From Dudresnaya verticillata (Eukaryota): 64,000 nucleotides of DNA. The position numbers and the translations under genes are program-made. Of this stretch, positions 46,991 to 59,859 are shown in pieces. Location: the NCBI GenBank assembly GCA_977862235.1, contig OZ374558.1, positions 3,038,001 to 3,102,000 on the forward strand, given 5' to 3'. The notes beneath the pieces are model-generated. The model saw only the letters and a list, made by a program, of their open reading frames with translations, had not been told where the DNA came from and ran no database searches. The stretch's first letter is position 1. Each line of letters starts with the position of its first letter.

Positions 46991-46994
46991 GTAA

Positions 46995-48676
46995 CTCGTT
47001 GGTTATCCGTGCCTACGCCGTCTGTGGTGGAGTATTTTTCTGCGGACCTGCTCGCGGAGCGGGAGTGGAATCGCGAACATCCGAACGGAGAGCGTCCCCC
47101 TATCCAAGATCAACTCGACGTGCTTTGGCGCATCTTCCGATCGGAGTGGGCAATGCTGGTGCTATTTTCGTGGCTCCAGGTTGCCTACTACATAGTGCGG
47201 TGCAATACCAAGTTATCCGACTGGCGCTGCCTTCCGCGTGATGATGCTGACCTACCTGGAGGGGACTGTGGCCGTATCTTTCAACTTCCCGTGACGGTGA
47301 TCGCTCTAATTCGCCAAGTCGGTGTAGCCGAGTTGGTGACGGGGTCGGCGTACCCGCTTCATCGGGTTGAGCGTCTTTTATCCGTACACGGAGAGCAGGA
47401 TTGGCAACGCACTCCGGGCTTCTTGGGGTATAGTTGGGATGAGGACCGTGTCCTATCGGTGCCCCCGCTTAGGCCCGGAGTGGGTGAGCCATATTTCCTT
47501 CATCGGGAAGATCCGCGTCCGGAATGGTTGGCCTTAGAGTTGCAGGCCCACCGGGGCAATGCGCCTCGCCCAGCGCCAAGGGATGAGTACCGTGACGGTT
47601 TGGACGGGGCTGAAGATTGGGGGAGCTGCCACGAGACAGCGGGGCGTTCGCGTACAATCGACCCACGCGATTCCGTTACGGTGAGGCAGCAAGAAGCTGA
47701 CCCCTTCTTGGAAGAACAGGAGGAGGTCACGCCCGTCGCCTCAATGGTAGCGGGTAGCGAGAAGACGCCTGCTCCAATTCTTCCGGTGGTCGCGACACCC
47801 ACGTCGCGCGATGTGGATCGTGAGACTACTACTCCCGTATCGGATAAGGCCCCAACGCCCATGGGCGTGGCTGCGCCGACTATGGCGGTGCCCAAGTCTG
47901 CGGCACCATCCGAGAAGGGGACCTCAAAGGAGCAGACCGTTTCGGAAGTGGCGCCGGATACTGTGCCGGCGACACTGTCTCCTGCGACGCAAATGCCTGC
48001 CGCCGCGGAACCGCCCCCGCCAAGTGCTCCGCTTTTGGCGCCCACTCCCACACCAGCGGGGAATGCGGCGTCGATCACCGTATCGGAAGTGGCTGCAAAG
48101 CGCCCAAGTGTTGGGAAAACTGGAGACAAGCCCTCGGTTCTTGCGCCAAGTCCTGAACCGTTACGGAAAAGCGATACTGCCTCGCCAGAGAAGGACACGG
48201 ATCGACCGCTGCGGAAGGACGTACCTTCACCCGAGTCGGGACCGTCCGTATTGGTAGTTTCCTCAACGGAGCATTCACTTGAAGCCGGGGTTAGGAATCA
48301 GCCGTCGATCTCCCCGAAGGTAGAGTTACAAGAAGATGAGGATCCCCCCGTTACGGTTCCGGCTCATTTAGCCGCTACGGAAAGTGGGTTACAGGTGCTA
48401 CGGGGCATTTGCCGTACGCAGCGCTTCCCAGTACCAGGATCTGTTCAGGAAGTGTTAACCTTAACGGAGGGGCTGATGGAACAGGTAATTCATCTCCGCG
48501 CGGTGGTCCGTCCTCAGCGTCGGCGCATGGACAGTGCGGTTCGCGTCTTGGGAGACACTACGCAGCGCGTATTCCAATCGGATCCGAGTGGGGAACCCGG
48601 CTTACGAACGGGTCAGGGGAGCAACGAGGAAGATACAGTTGGCCCTGCTCCGAAACGGCGTCGACGTAACTCTTAG
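46995..48676 (+). CDS. Antisense accessory ORF of Gypsy B, 3' part
   Basis: TRWLSVPTPS...PAPKRRRRNS; homologous to copy A 11973-13605. Confidence 0.85.
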
Positions 48677-48776
48677 AGTTACAGCTCGACGATCTCCTTA
48701 ACGGTTTCCATTATGCCTCGATCTTAGCTTGCAATAAACGTTGTGTGTTCTCACACCCCAGCATTCCAACTGTCCG

Positions 48777-51700
48777 TTACGGTGAGTGACGTGTTCGATT
48801 AGCACGTCGCCGTGGCTTACCCTTAGCGGATGTATTTTTCTTTTGCTTCCAATATCGGTAGATGAAATTCTGCGGTAACTCCTCCACGGGCTCAAAAGTG
48901 TCCTGATCCGGAGGGTAACCATACCAGCGGACTTTGTATGTCATCCCAGTAGGTTCGTCGCGGTGACAGACAATCTTGTCGATCACATATTCCGTATCGG
49001 CTTGCAGTGGTTCCGTCGCGGAGGGAGTAGTACCTTCAGAAGGAGGTACTACTGTAGTACCTTCTGGATGTGGCACTACTTCTCCGTAGACGGTTGATGG
49101 CGTGACAGGCGGCACTGTTAAGGGTGCTGGCTGAACCGCAACTCCGATCGGTTCCTTCGTGATGCGATCGATACTCACGGGGATCAATACCCCTTCCTTG
49201 CGGATTGTCACGACATGTTCCGTTGCGGATTCCAATTCATAAGGCCCCGTGGCTCTCGGAAGGAGTTTCTTCATTTCCTGAGCCACTTCGCCCACATCGT
49301 CCGGTTTTCCTTCCAATCGGTCCCGCTCACGGCGTTCCGCCGGCCGCAAGTTATGGGGCGGCCGGTCGACATAGACTTGATCTCCGCTTCGGATTATGGG
49401 CCTAAAGCGCACCTTACGGTCAAACAGTGCCTTGGCTTTTTGCTGAGCCACTGTCTGCTTCGTGCGCGCTGTCTGGAGCGCGTACCGTAAACGACGCATG
49501 GTGCTCCGCTTCTGTAGCACCGGGGTCATACGCCCTTCCGTAACGGTTTCTTGATGCTCGACAGGAGCCCCTCGTACAACAATATCCGATGGGTGGCGTG
49601 TCAGCACCAAATCAAATGGCGTTGTTTCCGTGATACGGTGTACCTGCATGTTGTACGCATATGTCAACGGTTGCAGGTACAAATCCCAATCGGAGTGATG
49701 ATCCTCGACGTAATGGCGCAACCGTTGGGCGATTGTCTTATTAAATCGCTCACCTTGTCCATTTGTCTGCGGATGATAGGCAGCTGTGAGCAGGTGCCTG
49801 ACTCCGAGTAAGGAACACACCGCGTCGAAGAACTTAGCAGTAAACTGCGGTCCGTTATCGGTTAGGACAAATTGGGGTGCGCCGTAGGCGTACACCCAAA
49901 AGTCCAGAAAGGCGTTAGCCACCACAACGGCTGTTGTTGTCCGTAACGGGATACAGCGCGTTAGCTTAGAGAACCGATCGGTAATTACCAAGACATAGAC
50001 ATACCCCCGTTTTGTCTTCGGAAGTGGCCCGAGAATGTCGATAGCGACAAACTCTAAAGGTCCGCTAGCGGGGAAAAGTTTCATAAACCTTTGATTCCGA
50101 AAGCGGGTTCCCTTTGTCTTCACGCAGGAGCGACATGTCCGAACGGATTCAAATACATCGTTGGCCATATGAGGCCAATAATAATCCTGTCGGAGTGTAT
50201 AATACATCTTAATTCCGCCTGGGTGACCCGACATCAGGGTGTAGTGGGATAAATACAATACCCGTCCACGGAGTTCGCTTGGCACCACCTTCTGTAGATC
50301 GCCATCCAATTGGGACTTGCGTACCAAGAATCCGTTACGGTCATAGTCAAACTGTGATCCAGGGGAGCCTACCGTATCGGCTTTGAGACGGCAGAAAGAG
50401 TCTCTGGCTTGCGCTTCGAGGAACTCCTCCCTGGTAATTGTCTCATCCTTAACGTCGGATTCTTGGATTACAGTAAACCGTGACGGTATTGCGTCGGGCT
50501 TGTCAGGGGAGGCGGATGCGCTCCCACTGGCGGGCTCCACGGCGCATATTACGTTATTTTCCGTAGCGGTTTCTTTTGATGTAGCCCAATCGGTTAAATA
50601 AACTCCATGCTCATATAATCCGTCGACGGTATTTTCGGCGATAAAGCAGGGTATCTCTTCATCCAAAGGTCTATCGTCACCGCCATCCGTTCGGAGTCGC
50701 GACATCCCATCGGCGAGTTGGTGCTTAATTCCAGGACGGTATTGCACCTCAAATTCAAATTCCGATAGGCGGAGCCTCCACCTGGCAAGGCGGCCAGATG
50801 AGTCTGCGAGGTTCAGGATCCACCGCAGGGCATCGTGATCCGTTCGGAGAATAAACTTGTCACCGTAAAGGTAGGGTCGGAGTGTTAACATGCTCCAGAC
50901 CACGGCTAAGCATTCCTTTTGGGTTGTCGTATAATTTTTCTCCGCATCGGTGAGGCTTCGGCTCCAGTATCCAATAGGGAGGTGATCGCCATTCGGTTGT
51001 TCCTGCAGAAGGACACAGCCGACTTGATGGTCACATGCGTCAGTGTCCAATGTATATTTATATCCGTGACGGGGTAGAGCCAATATTGGTGGAGAGATAA
51101 GGCGTCTCTTCAGTTCCTCGAAGGCTTCATATTCCGTATCGGATAATATTCCAAACTCAAAGGGTGAGCCCTTGCCGGTTTTCTTATTTAGCGGTGCTGA
51201 AATCCGAGCGAGGGTACAAATCGACGATACACGTTGCACATTCCCAAGAAGGATCGCAATTCCGTTTGGTTAGTCGGCGGCTTCGCGACCTTAACGGATT
51301 GGATATTTCGATTATCCACTTCTAATTTTCCGGGACGGATAACATGCCCCAGGTATTGTACAGACGCGTTAGAGAAGTCACACTTTGACAATTTCAACGT
51401 TACCCCAGCGGATCGTAAAAGCGTAAGGACTTCGTTCAGGTGGAGGAAATGTTCCGTAACGGTTTTTGAGTAGACAATTACATCGTCTAGGTAAACGAGG
51501 GCAAATTGCCATTTAACCGTAGAAAGGATTATATCCACTGCCCGTTGGAAGGTTGCCGGTGCATTTTTCAATCCGAATGGCATTCTCCGAAAACTGTATA
51601 AGCCAAAGTGGCTAGTGAAGGTAGTTTTGTCCCTTTCCTCTTCCGGAATCTCGACTTGCCAATATCCGCTATTGCAATCCAGGGTGGTAAATACAGTAGC

Positions 51701-53045
51701 TTCCCCAAGGGAATCTATGCATTCATCCATCCTGGGCAAGGGATATGAGTCCCTAACCGTTACGGAATTGAACCTTCTATAGTCAACACAGAACCGCATG
51801 GTGCCGTCCTTTTTTGGAACGAAAACCACGGGGCTGGCCCACTCCGATGAGGCTGGTTCAATTACCTTAGCGGAAAGCATGCGATCGATCTCTGTCTTTT
51901 CGAGATCTCGCTGCTTATGTCCGGCACGGTATGGGGCTTGGTATACTGGCTTAGCTCCGGGAGTTAACTCGATGCGGTGCTTGGCAGCTGTAATGTTGCC
52001 CAGATCGCCACTCCACATCGACTTATATTCCTCGAGTAGGGTTAAAATCCGTTTGCGGAGCGATGCTTCTTCTGTGCCGACCTGGACTTGATCCTTCCAG
52101 TCGGTAGTATTTGTATTTTCCGTTACGGGTTTGCTTACTTCCTTGTCGTGAGGGGAGATGCTGCTGGCCTTCTCGGAGGTAGGGTTAGAATTAAATGATT
52201 GAATAATTCCTCCCCCCTCCTTAAATGGAGGTATACCGTCAACGGTAAAAATAGCAGAGGGGGCAGCAGTAGCGAGGCCAACGACAGTAGATTTGGGCAA
52301 CCGTACCGGCTTGTTAGAAAAATTAGAGACCCAGATCCGAAACGGTTTGTTAGGTACAACATCCATAATACCATTAGCCATTAATTTAAGGTGCTTAAAA
52401 GCCGGCTTAGGATGATTTTGTAGAAAGCATAACCCACCCGTGGGGTATTAACCGTTACGGTGGTTTGAGTCATAGGGGGAATAAGGGTAGATTTTGCTAA
52501 ACGAATTTTCTGAGAAACCGTAGCGGTAGAAAGAGGTGAGGGCTGTAGGGTTGCAGTGGTTCCCGTCTTCGGAATTTTGGCTTGACCAACAAGGGAAACC
52601 GGTGGGCAATGATGAAAACAACTTTCCGTAACGGAGGGAGTATTGCCTTCACGCAGCGGTCGATGAAGGTAGTTCCCAAAATACAGGGAGCCGCCAAGTT
52701 CGCGACCACTAGAAAATGGACGCGAGCACGGAGCTCTCCGATACGGACGAAAAGTTGGATCTGACCAAGAAGGCGTATAGCGCGATTAGACGCATCCCGT
52801 AATGGAGGACTGGCTGCTGGGCGTATGAGTGGGAGCCATTGGCGCGGAAGGCGCCTGGCACTAATGCGATTGGGCCCAGCGCCAGAGTCCAAGACGGAGA
52901 TTAAAGGAAGCATCACGCTATCTATCGGTCCCACGGTAATTTGCATCTTGTAATTTTGATGTTGCATAAAGAAGATAGTATCATTGGTCTGATAAGCCAA
53001 TGGGAGTTCCGTAACGGTATCTCGCCGATTCCCTGGCGGGTCCAC
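48777..53045 (-). pseudogene. pol: Pol of Gypsy B: protease, RT, RNase H, integrase, chromodomain (frameshifted into three ORFs)
   Basis: ORFs 52497-53045 (LDSGA), 51188-52381 (YLDD) and 48777-51239 (RNase H, DDE integrase, GPY, chromodomain). Confidence 0.95.
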
Positions 53046-53089
53046 ACTCGCGAGAGGTGGAACGCCGTGAGGCGGGGATGGCGGCGCCC

Positions 53090-55570
53090 TTACGCATCCC
53101 CCCTTGAGTTTTCCGAATTCAAGGTTGCACCAGTCGGATCCGCCTCCATGGGCTCGCGCAATTCTGCGAGTTCCACTCCTTCATGGTCCTCCACCGATAG
53201 TATCGGGGCATTCCGTTGCGGAGGGGGCGTTTGCGGTCTGCCCCTATTCCCTTGCGGATTCGAACTGGTTCCTACTACGAACCTGCGACCTACTGGGTAG
53301 TGCTTCTGGAATTTGCGCTCGCGCTCTTCCATATGCCTAACCCGATCGGAGTCCTGTATCCAGGGGCAAACAAAGTGCTCTGGCGAAAGGCAGATGCGAC
53401 AGTTACCACTTCCGTAAAGGCGTCGGACCCGAGGATCCGACTCATCCCGTAGCGGAGGTGCTGGTTTCTGCTGTCCTCGCCCATCGTGGGCATTATTTCC
53501 GTAACGGTGACTCGGCTGCTGTTGGGGGCCAGGAGCCGGGCGAGATCCACCATAGGGGGGACCTGGCGCGCGTGGCATCCTGGGCGGAGTAGGGTGGACG
53601 CTTTGCGGGGGCGAGGAGTACGGGGTAGAAAAGGTAACCCCCGTGCTCGTTCCCGTAGCGGCACCGTGGCCTCCCTCGACGGCTAGGACTTGATTATCCG
53701 TAGCGGAAAGATTCCCTTGCGGCTCATAGTGTACATCCGATACGGAATCCAGCGACAACACCTTAGACGGGCGCGCTTTAGTGCGCCCATCAAAGACGTG
53801 AGCCGGAACGGTTTGGCGTCGAGCTGCCCGATGGGACTGGCCCAGGCCCGTCGCATAGCGAGTGATGGCCTGATAATCCAACTGGGAATGCGTCGCTAGA
53901 TAATTTCTCATCTGTTGACGAGTACCCGGTAGGAGTCCTTCAACGAACAGTGACTTCAATGCCCGATCGGAAAATACTGTACCGCAACGGAGAGCCTTGG
54001 CCCAGAGCTGGTTCGAGAACTGCTCTTCCGTCATGGCGGATGTTTGCCTGAAGTTGCTGACATCCGTATAGGCTTCAGCAATCACTTCATCCGTAGCGTA
54101 GGTTCTCAATAAAAAGTTCACCACCTCGGAATATGTGCGGAGCATCTCGGCCTGCTCCACGTCAACCGCCATGGTACCTCCAGCAAGCCTAGCCTGTAGA
54201 AGGGCTTCGGCCTGTCCTTTAAGGAAAAACTGGAAGCACCAGAGGGCAACCCCTTCGGCGATGCCATTGATATTACAACCGTCACGGAACTTGGCGAAAA
54301 ATCCCAAGACGGTAATGGGGTCCGTCCCATCGAATGTATGGGACGAAATCTGGACGTCGAGTTTCTTCCGTATACGGCTCATGTTCTGTGAGAACTTAGA
54401 GCCGTAGGTCTTACTCCTCTTATCCAATCGGTAGGTGCGGTAGTCCAGCGCCTTGACAAACTTGTCATGTAGCGGCCGGATTACCTTAACCTTTCCGGAT
54501 TTGGCACCGTGTTTTCTGGCCCGGTGCCTATTCTCTCTATCCGTTACGGAAGAACTCTTTGAGTCTGAATCCGTAGAGGTAGAGGATTCATGCCTTTTTT
54601 CGCGTTTCCGCGATCTTCTGTTTCTTCTCTTGCGGCGGCGGTGTTGGCTATCCTCTGAGCTGCTCTCATTGGATTCCATACCGGATTGGTGGCGTCGTCG
54701 CTGGGTGTGGTCCCCCATGTGCGACCGACGGGGAGGGTCAGAGCGGGAGTGTCGGGCATCTCGTTTATGCCGACCTCGACCGGTCCTCCGACTCGGATGG
54801 GGTGAGCTGGACGCATCGCTGAGATGGTCGCTGCCTCCACCTGATCGAACCGGAACGGTATAGCGCTCTTGCTGATAGCGCCCTGGCGTAGGCACATCTA
54901 CGTATCCAGGAGAATACCGTAACGGTGGCTGAGTGTGTGTTGGTCCCGTAGGGGCGTGTTGAGGTTGAGAATCCGTTACGGGAGCCGGTGGCAGTGGCCC
55001 AGAGGGTACTGTGCCCGGCGGCAATCCCATAACGGGGGGTTGTTGCGGCTGCTGCGTTCTTCCCTCGACCGGGAATCCATTCCGTAACGGTGGTTGCTCA
55101 GTAAAAGCTTCCGTAGCGGGAGGCTTTGCCATGCCGGGAGCAATCTGGCTCTCGAGCTCGGCGGCCACCTTTTCCTGTAGGATCAAAGCTTGCACTATCC
55201 GAGGAAGGTGCTGCTCCAGATAGGAATTAACCAAAGACGGAACAGTTTCCGAGAGGGATATCTCCACTTCTTTTACCATTCCAGGTTGTACTTCCAATCG
55301 GAGATGCTCTAACACGCTAGGAAGGACCTCCGACAGGACCCAGTGGACCCGATGGGATTCCGGCCTGGGTTGCGGAGCTGCCTTCTTCGAGGCGTCTGAT
55401 CCGACACGGGAACGGGGAGCTTTACCAGCAGCACCCTTTAGGATGTCTTCTGGGTTCTCCACTCCGGAACGGATTTCAACTCCTTCACTGCGCAGACTGC
55501 GCGCAGCGGGGGTAGTGTCACCCGCTTTAGGTTCCGTAACGGGAGGGTCTGCGTGTTCTTCGTTCTGCAT
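53090..55570 (-). CDS. gag: Gag of Gypsy B (826 aa, intact)
   Basis: Downstream of the PBS; FDGTDPITVLGFF...WCFQFFLKG core; knuckle CRICLSPEHFVC. Confidence 0.9.
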   Translation of the reverse strand: MQNEEHADPPVTEPKAGDTTPAARSLRSEGVEIRSGVENPEDILKGAAGKAPRSRVGSDASKKAAPQPRPESHRVHWVLSEVLPSVLEHLRLEVQPGMVKEVEISLSETVPSLVNSYLEQHLPRIVQALILQEKVAAELESQIAPGMAKPPATEAFTEQPPLRNGFPVEGRTQQPQQPPVMGLPPGTVPSGPLPPAPVTDSQPQHAPTGPTHTQPPLRYSPGYVDVPTPGRYQQERYTVPVRSGGGSDHLSDASSSPHPSRRTGRGRHKRDARHSRSDPPRRSHMGDHTQRRRHQSGMESNESSSEDSQHRRRKRRNRRSRKREKRHESSTSTDSDSKSSSVTDRENRHRARKHGAKSGKVKVIRPLHDKFVKALDYRTYRLDKRSKTYGSKFSQNMSRIRKKLDVQISSHTFDGTDPITVLGFFAKFRDGCNINGIAEGVALWCFQFFLKGQAEALLQARLAGGTMAVDVEQAEMLRTYSEVVNFLLRTYATDEVIAEAYTDVSNFRQTSAMTEEQFSNQLWAKALRCGTVFSDRALKSLFVEGLLPGTRQQMRNYLATHSQLDYQAITRYATGLGQSHRAARRQTVPAHVFDGRTKARPSKVLSLDSVSDVHYEPQGNLSATDNQVLAVEGGHGAATGTSTGVTFSTPYSSPPQSVHPTPPRMPRAPGPPYGGSRPAPGPQQQPSHRYGNNAHDGRGQQKPAPPLRDESDPRVRRLYGSGNCRICLSPEHFVCPWIQDSDRVRHMEERERKFQKHYPVGRRFVVGTSSNPQGNRGRPQTPPPQRNAPILSVEDHEGVELAELREPMEADPTGATLNSENSRGDA

Positions 55571-55696
55571 GATACCTTAACGGAACACAACGGTTGTTCT
55601 AGCTTGTCTATCCAATATTCCGTAACGGGTTGTCGGTACAGCCGAATTCCTACCGTAGCGGATTTCGACGGCTGTTTCTTCCAACCGTGACGGTGT

Positions 55697-55713
55697 TCTA
55701 GGTCGGGAGACCA
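55697..55713 (-). promoter_or_regulatory. Primer binding site of Gypsy B
   Basis: TGGTCTCCCGACCTAGA next to the 5' LTR. Confidence 0.85.
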
Positions 55714-55718
55714 AAAGA

Positions 55719-56393
55719 TGTGGTGTAGTGAAAACCCACGAACTCCGAGACGGACAGCTGGCCTGACTTTCCTTAACGGACGAGAGCAACACTACCTCCA
55801 CGGGGTGGTAGAGCAGTTCGCACCGTAACGGGAGAACAGCTAGCGGCTAACCGAGACGGATATTGGGAAGCAACAGACAAGGGGGTGGTACAAGTGCCGG
55901 GACGGACTCCGTAACGGTGGTGGTGGTAGACCGCAACGGGCTCGGCGCGGGGAAAACCGTAAAGGATTGGGCTAAGGTTGCTTACCGGTTTACCTTAGGA
56001 GCCGCTGCGGTGCCGCCCTGATATACAAGTCAGGGTGGCATCGAGCGGTCCGGTCCGTGGGGGCCAGACCCTAGTGGTCTGGTCCTATGGTGGAATTGGC
56101 CCTGCTGGTCCCAATCTCCGACACGGACATGCGCAGCATTCTCATTGGCTGGCGCACTACTCTAAATACTGTACAGATACTCACTAAAAATAAAGAATAA
56201 ACACTACAAATACTCCGGTATGGTTGGTGCGCTTCACTGCAGTACAGCAATGCGTACCGGCGTACAGCAATGCGCACAACATCCGACACGGTTACACGTT
56301 GCCAGATCATCAGCGTGGCGTATTGCCACATCACCCGTTACGGTTGGCTCGCCGTCGGTGGGCCGCATGCGCGCCACGGCTCACTTCACCACA
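55719..56393 (-). repeat. 5' LTR of Gypsy B
   Basis: Copy of 31857-32531. Confidence 0.95.
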
Positions 56394-56444
56394 ATCACTT
56401 AGGGCCTCCAGACAAGTAAACTGGAATCGGTTGCGGTCGTCACG

Positions 56445-58682
56445 ATGGTTCGACCGCTTTGCAATTGCGTTCAAACCTTTTCAGACTGCTTGGCATTTAT
56501 CAGGAAGATGACACTGCAGCAGTGTAACTCCGAGAATTTCCCGGAATTATCCTCCCATCAGGCCTTCAAAACATCAGGAAAAGCGATGGATAGGTCAACC
56601 GCGATGCAGGCAATGGACTGCCGTGTCTATTGGAAGTTTGCTCACATATCTACAGTACAGTCATCAAGGGCTTTTATGAATGCCGAGTTTTCGGATAAAA
56701 CCGTGGAGACGCATGTAGCAACACTCTCAAGGCTTCGGAAGCTGTCACGGAATCATAGCTTCAAGCCGATGCCACATCGATTAACAACTGAACAATTCGA
56801 AAAGGGAAAAGCGGAGGTGAGAGAGGTCCGTAAATTCGAACTCGTCAGGTAACGGAAGTAATGGCCGCAAGCTATGATTACATTGGGCGAGAACATGTTG
56901 AAAAGTACGAAGCTGGATTGGGAGATAACCATGAACAGGGGTAACGAAAACGACTTGCTGAAGTCTATCATGTCGATATACAAGGATTCATGCCCCCAAG
57001 AAGCCCCTTTAATGCTGAAAAAGTGTGGTGAAGCGGCCGTTTCGGAGTGCCGACGACGGTTGAGCCGACTCGCGACCGGCGCGCCGGTGAGCTGGCGCCA
57101 AAACCCGACCGGGAATGCAGCGACACAGTAGCACTGTACGCCTTGCTGGAGTCTGCGCGCACCACCAATAGGAGCCAAGTAGTTGGTTTATTTGTAATTA
57201 GGTAATTGTAATGATGCTGTACAGTACGTAGTGTCAGCCGGCCAATGAGAATGCCGAGCATGTCCGCAACGGTGACCGGGACCAGTAGGGCCGGACCCAC
57301 CTGGTGGACCAGACCCACTGGGGTCTGGCCCACACGGACCGGGCCGCGGGGCGTATCTCCCAGTATATTAATGGGTGGCCACTGCGAGTCCTACAGTAAA
57401 CGGGTACGCAACCCTGGGCAAAGTGACTTACCCTAAGCCTTACCCTCATACTCCGTTACGGTTTCCCTTCGCCAGCCCCGTGCACGGATTCCTCTTACCT
57501 CCGTCCCAGTGTAGCTGCCCTGGCACTGTACCGTCCCCCTTGTCTGTTGCGTCCCTTTACTCCTTACAGGTGTTGCCGCTCGAGGTACTCCCTTCGGTCT
57601 ACGAACTAAGCTCTACCACCCCGGTGCCGTGTGAGATCACTCCTTACTGGGATTGCCTGATCAGCTCTCCTTACAGGTGTGCCTTTCACTTCACCACAAA
57701 AAGTTTCGGGAGCACGTCATTCTCATGAGTCTCATGGCAGTGCACTGCCCGGGAAGCGCAAAACAAAAGTAAGCCTAAAGTAACGCAGACAATACCCACA
57801 GCACAGGGTACTACTTCAGGTGCTATGGAACAGGATTATGTTCAAGCTGAATCCAATGTCGAGGTCGCCACGGGTTCCCAGAAGGAACCCGATTCAGTGA
57901 CTTTACCAGTGAACAGGGCTTCAAAAAAGTGGGACGGCCTGAATTAGGTGCTTCCGGCTGGTTAATCTCGGATGCACGAGAGAACAGTACGAAGCAGGAA
58001 GCGTGTCATGGAGAAGACCCCGGAGAGCAGGTAGCGGTAACGCAGCCAGGACAGGTGCAAGAGGGAATGAAGACGCACAGAATTCTGGAAGTGATATTGC
58101 AGCCATGTCCGAATCGACACTGCGAAAGGTGTGCAGTCTGATAACAACGATGCGATGCAGCACATAGACTGTATGAAAGAAATGAAACTGGAGTGCTTCC
58201 AGATGCGTGGACAGAAGTTCGATACTGTGGTGCGTAAGCAAGGGAGTAAACTGTTTAACATTCTGCTGACAGACCTACCGTACGGCACAAAAAGGTCTCA
58301 GGCTGGGGCAGGCCAATGTTACGACGAATGCATGGGTGAGGAAGAGATTAAGGCCCTAGTGGTGTTCGCAAGAAGGGTTCTTATCACCAGTGGATGGATA
58401 GTTGTCTTCACGTCATTCCTTTTATTCCCAGTATTCCATGAGGCATTTTTGAAGTACCACTTCAAATGCCCTGCTTACCCCTACGAGATTATGAAGGAAA
58501 CTTCGACAATGCTGGCACACCGTGGGCAAACTGTACCGCAGAATGCCGCGGAGATTGCAGTCTTCGCGGGAGCTCCAGGCGTCCACCCGAAAGGATTTAA
58601 ACCAGATCTAGCAAGCAACTACAATGATCTACACGCACCGGAGCTTCCCAAACCTTCGGTGAAGCCAAGCGTGCTGTGGTAG
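56445..58682 (+). pseudogene. Decayed paralog of the ParB-methyltransferase gene, split by a solo LTR
   Basis: SGKAMD...MDCRVYWKFAHIS...SSRAFMNA, ENMLKSTKLD...NRGNE...CPQEAP and FNILLTDLPYGT...RRVL..GW...FKCPAYP...PQNAAEIAV align with 36259-39291. Confidence 0.88.
57024..57698 (+). mobile_element. Solo LTR (675 bp) of a Gypsy family related to A/B
   Basis: TGTGGTGAAG...CTTCACCACA termini, TSD AAAAG (57019-57023 and 57699-57703), shares GCCAATGAGAATGC with the A/B LTRs. Confidence 0.92.
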
Positions 58683-59363
58683 CTTCTGCTCACAGCACAC
58701 AACTCCAGACTGCAGAAGCGGAAACAAAGGAGAACGAAAGGGACGGGAAGGAGGCGACGTGGTGAGTGTAGCTGCGGAGGGTCGCAGGACCACGGAAAAG
58801 GAAAGTAGTATCGATGACGTCGTCAACGAACAACTGGAGAAGGCAAGGTGTGTGCTGCGTGAAGCAGCAGCTCTTGAAGAAGAGCCAAGCCGGAAAAGAA
58901 GCAGGGTTGACGAAGAGGGCGGCAGTGCACTTTGCGGAGCCGCAGCTCCGCTGCCAGTGCCAGTTGACACTCCGACTGGTAGTTTTGGATGGGAAGTTCC
59001 AGAACTCCCTCGTGACGTGCGACAGACCGACTGAACGTCGCGAAGTCAGCGCGGATCCCGCTGAAGGGGAAAATAACCAAAATGGTATCTGTTAGATGCT
59101 CGTTGACCGGATCGAACTTTGGGGGGCAGTGTATGATTGATGTCGATACCGTATCACGGCAGGTGAATCTAATCAATCGCTGCGTCCATAGCCGTCTTTA
59201 ACAGGATTCCGGAAGAGAACGGCTCGAGACATAGAAGATGGCAGGTACATACAGTGTTACCGTGTTACCTCGAGGGGGCGATAACTCACACATTCACACA
59301 CATACGCACAGGAAGAGAGACAGTAGTTGCGGTAGCCGGAGAAGTAGTAATCTCCACCGCGTG

Positions 59364-59671
59364 GCACTCAACGGCTCTACGCCGGCGTGCGTGCGCGCGG
59401 CGCGTGGGACAGCAAGGCGTTCGACCGCCGCTTACACTAGACGGTATAGTACACTACACACAAGAATAAACGTAGAAATGGCACGAGAGTGTCAGTGTCA
59501 CACGTGTACGCGTGAGCGCCACAGCGCACTGACTTACAGCGCCAGCGGGGGCGTCGGCGCCACCGGCTGACAGCGTGTGCACAGGGCGGCTGGTCTTACA
59601 GCCGCATACACGGCGCGGCTCGTCTTACAGCTGCACATGCGTGGCACTGCTGGTCTTACAGCTATGCCACA
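59364..59671 (+). repeat. Diverged partial copy of the GCTATGCCACA LTR-like repeat
   Basis: Homologous to 31448-31744. Confidence 0.75.
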
Positions 59672-59859
59672 CCACATAAACGAACAGCTTTACGCATAGG
59701 GCACCGGCCCAGCACTAGAACGGCGGCGGTGGTAGTGCGTCACCCCATGCGGGCCATACCGCAGCGGTGCAATTAACCGGGACGTTCCGCATTTTTCTGC
59801 GGCAGCGGAAGGGAAGTCCATAGCGGACTACAGCGCCATACACCGCAACTTGGACACGA

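Larger units (their letters stand above)
31857..56393 (-). mobile_element. Chromodomain-bearing Ty3/Gypsy retrotransposon, copy B, full length with a nested DNA transposon
   Basis: 675-bp LTRs (about 7 mismatches by eye), TSD ATCAC (31852-31856 and 56394-56398), PBS, gag and pol on minus. Confidence 0.97.
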
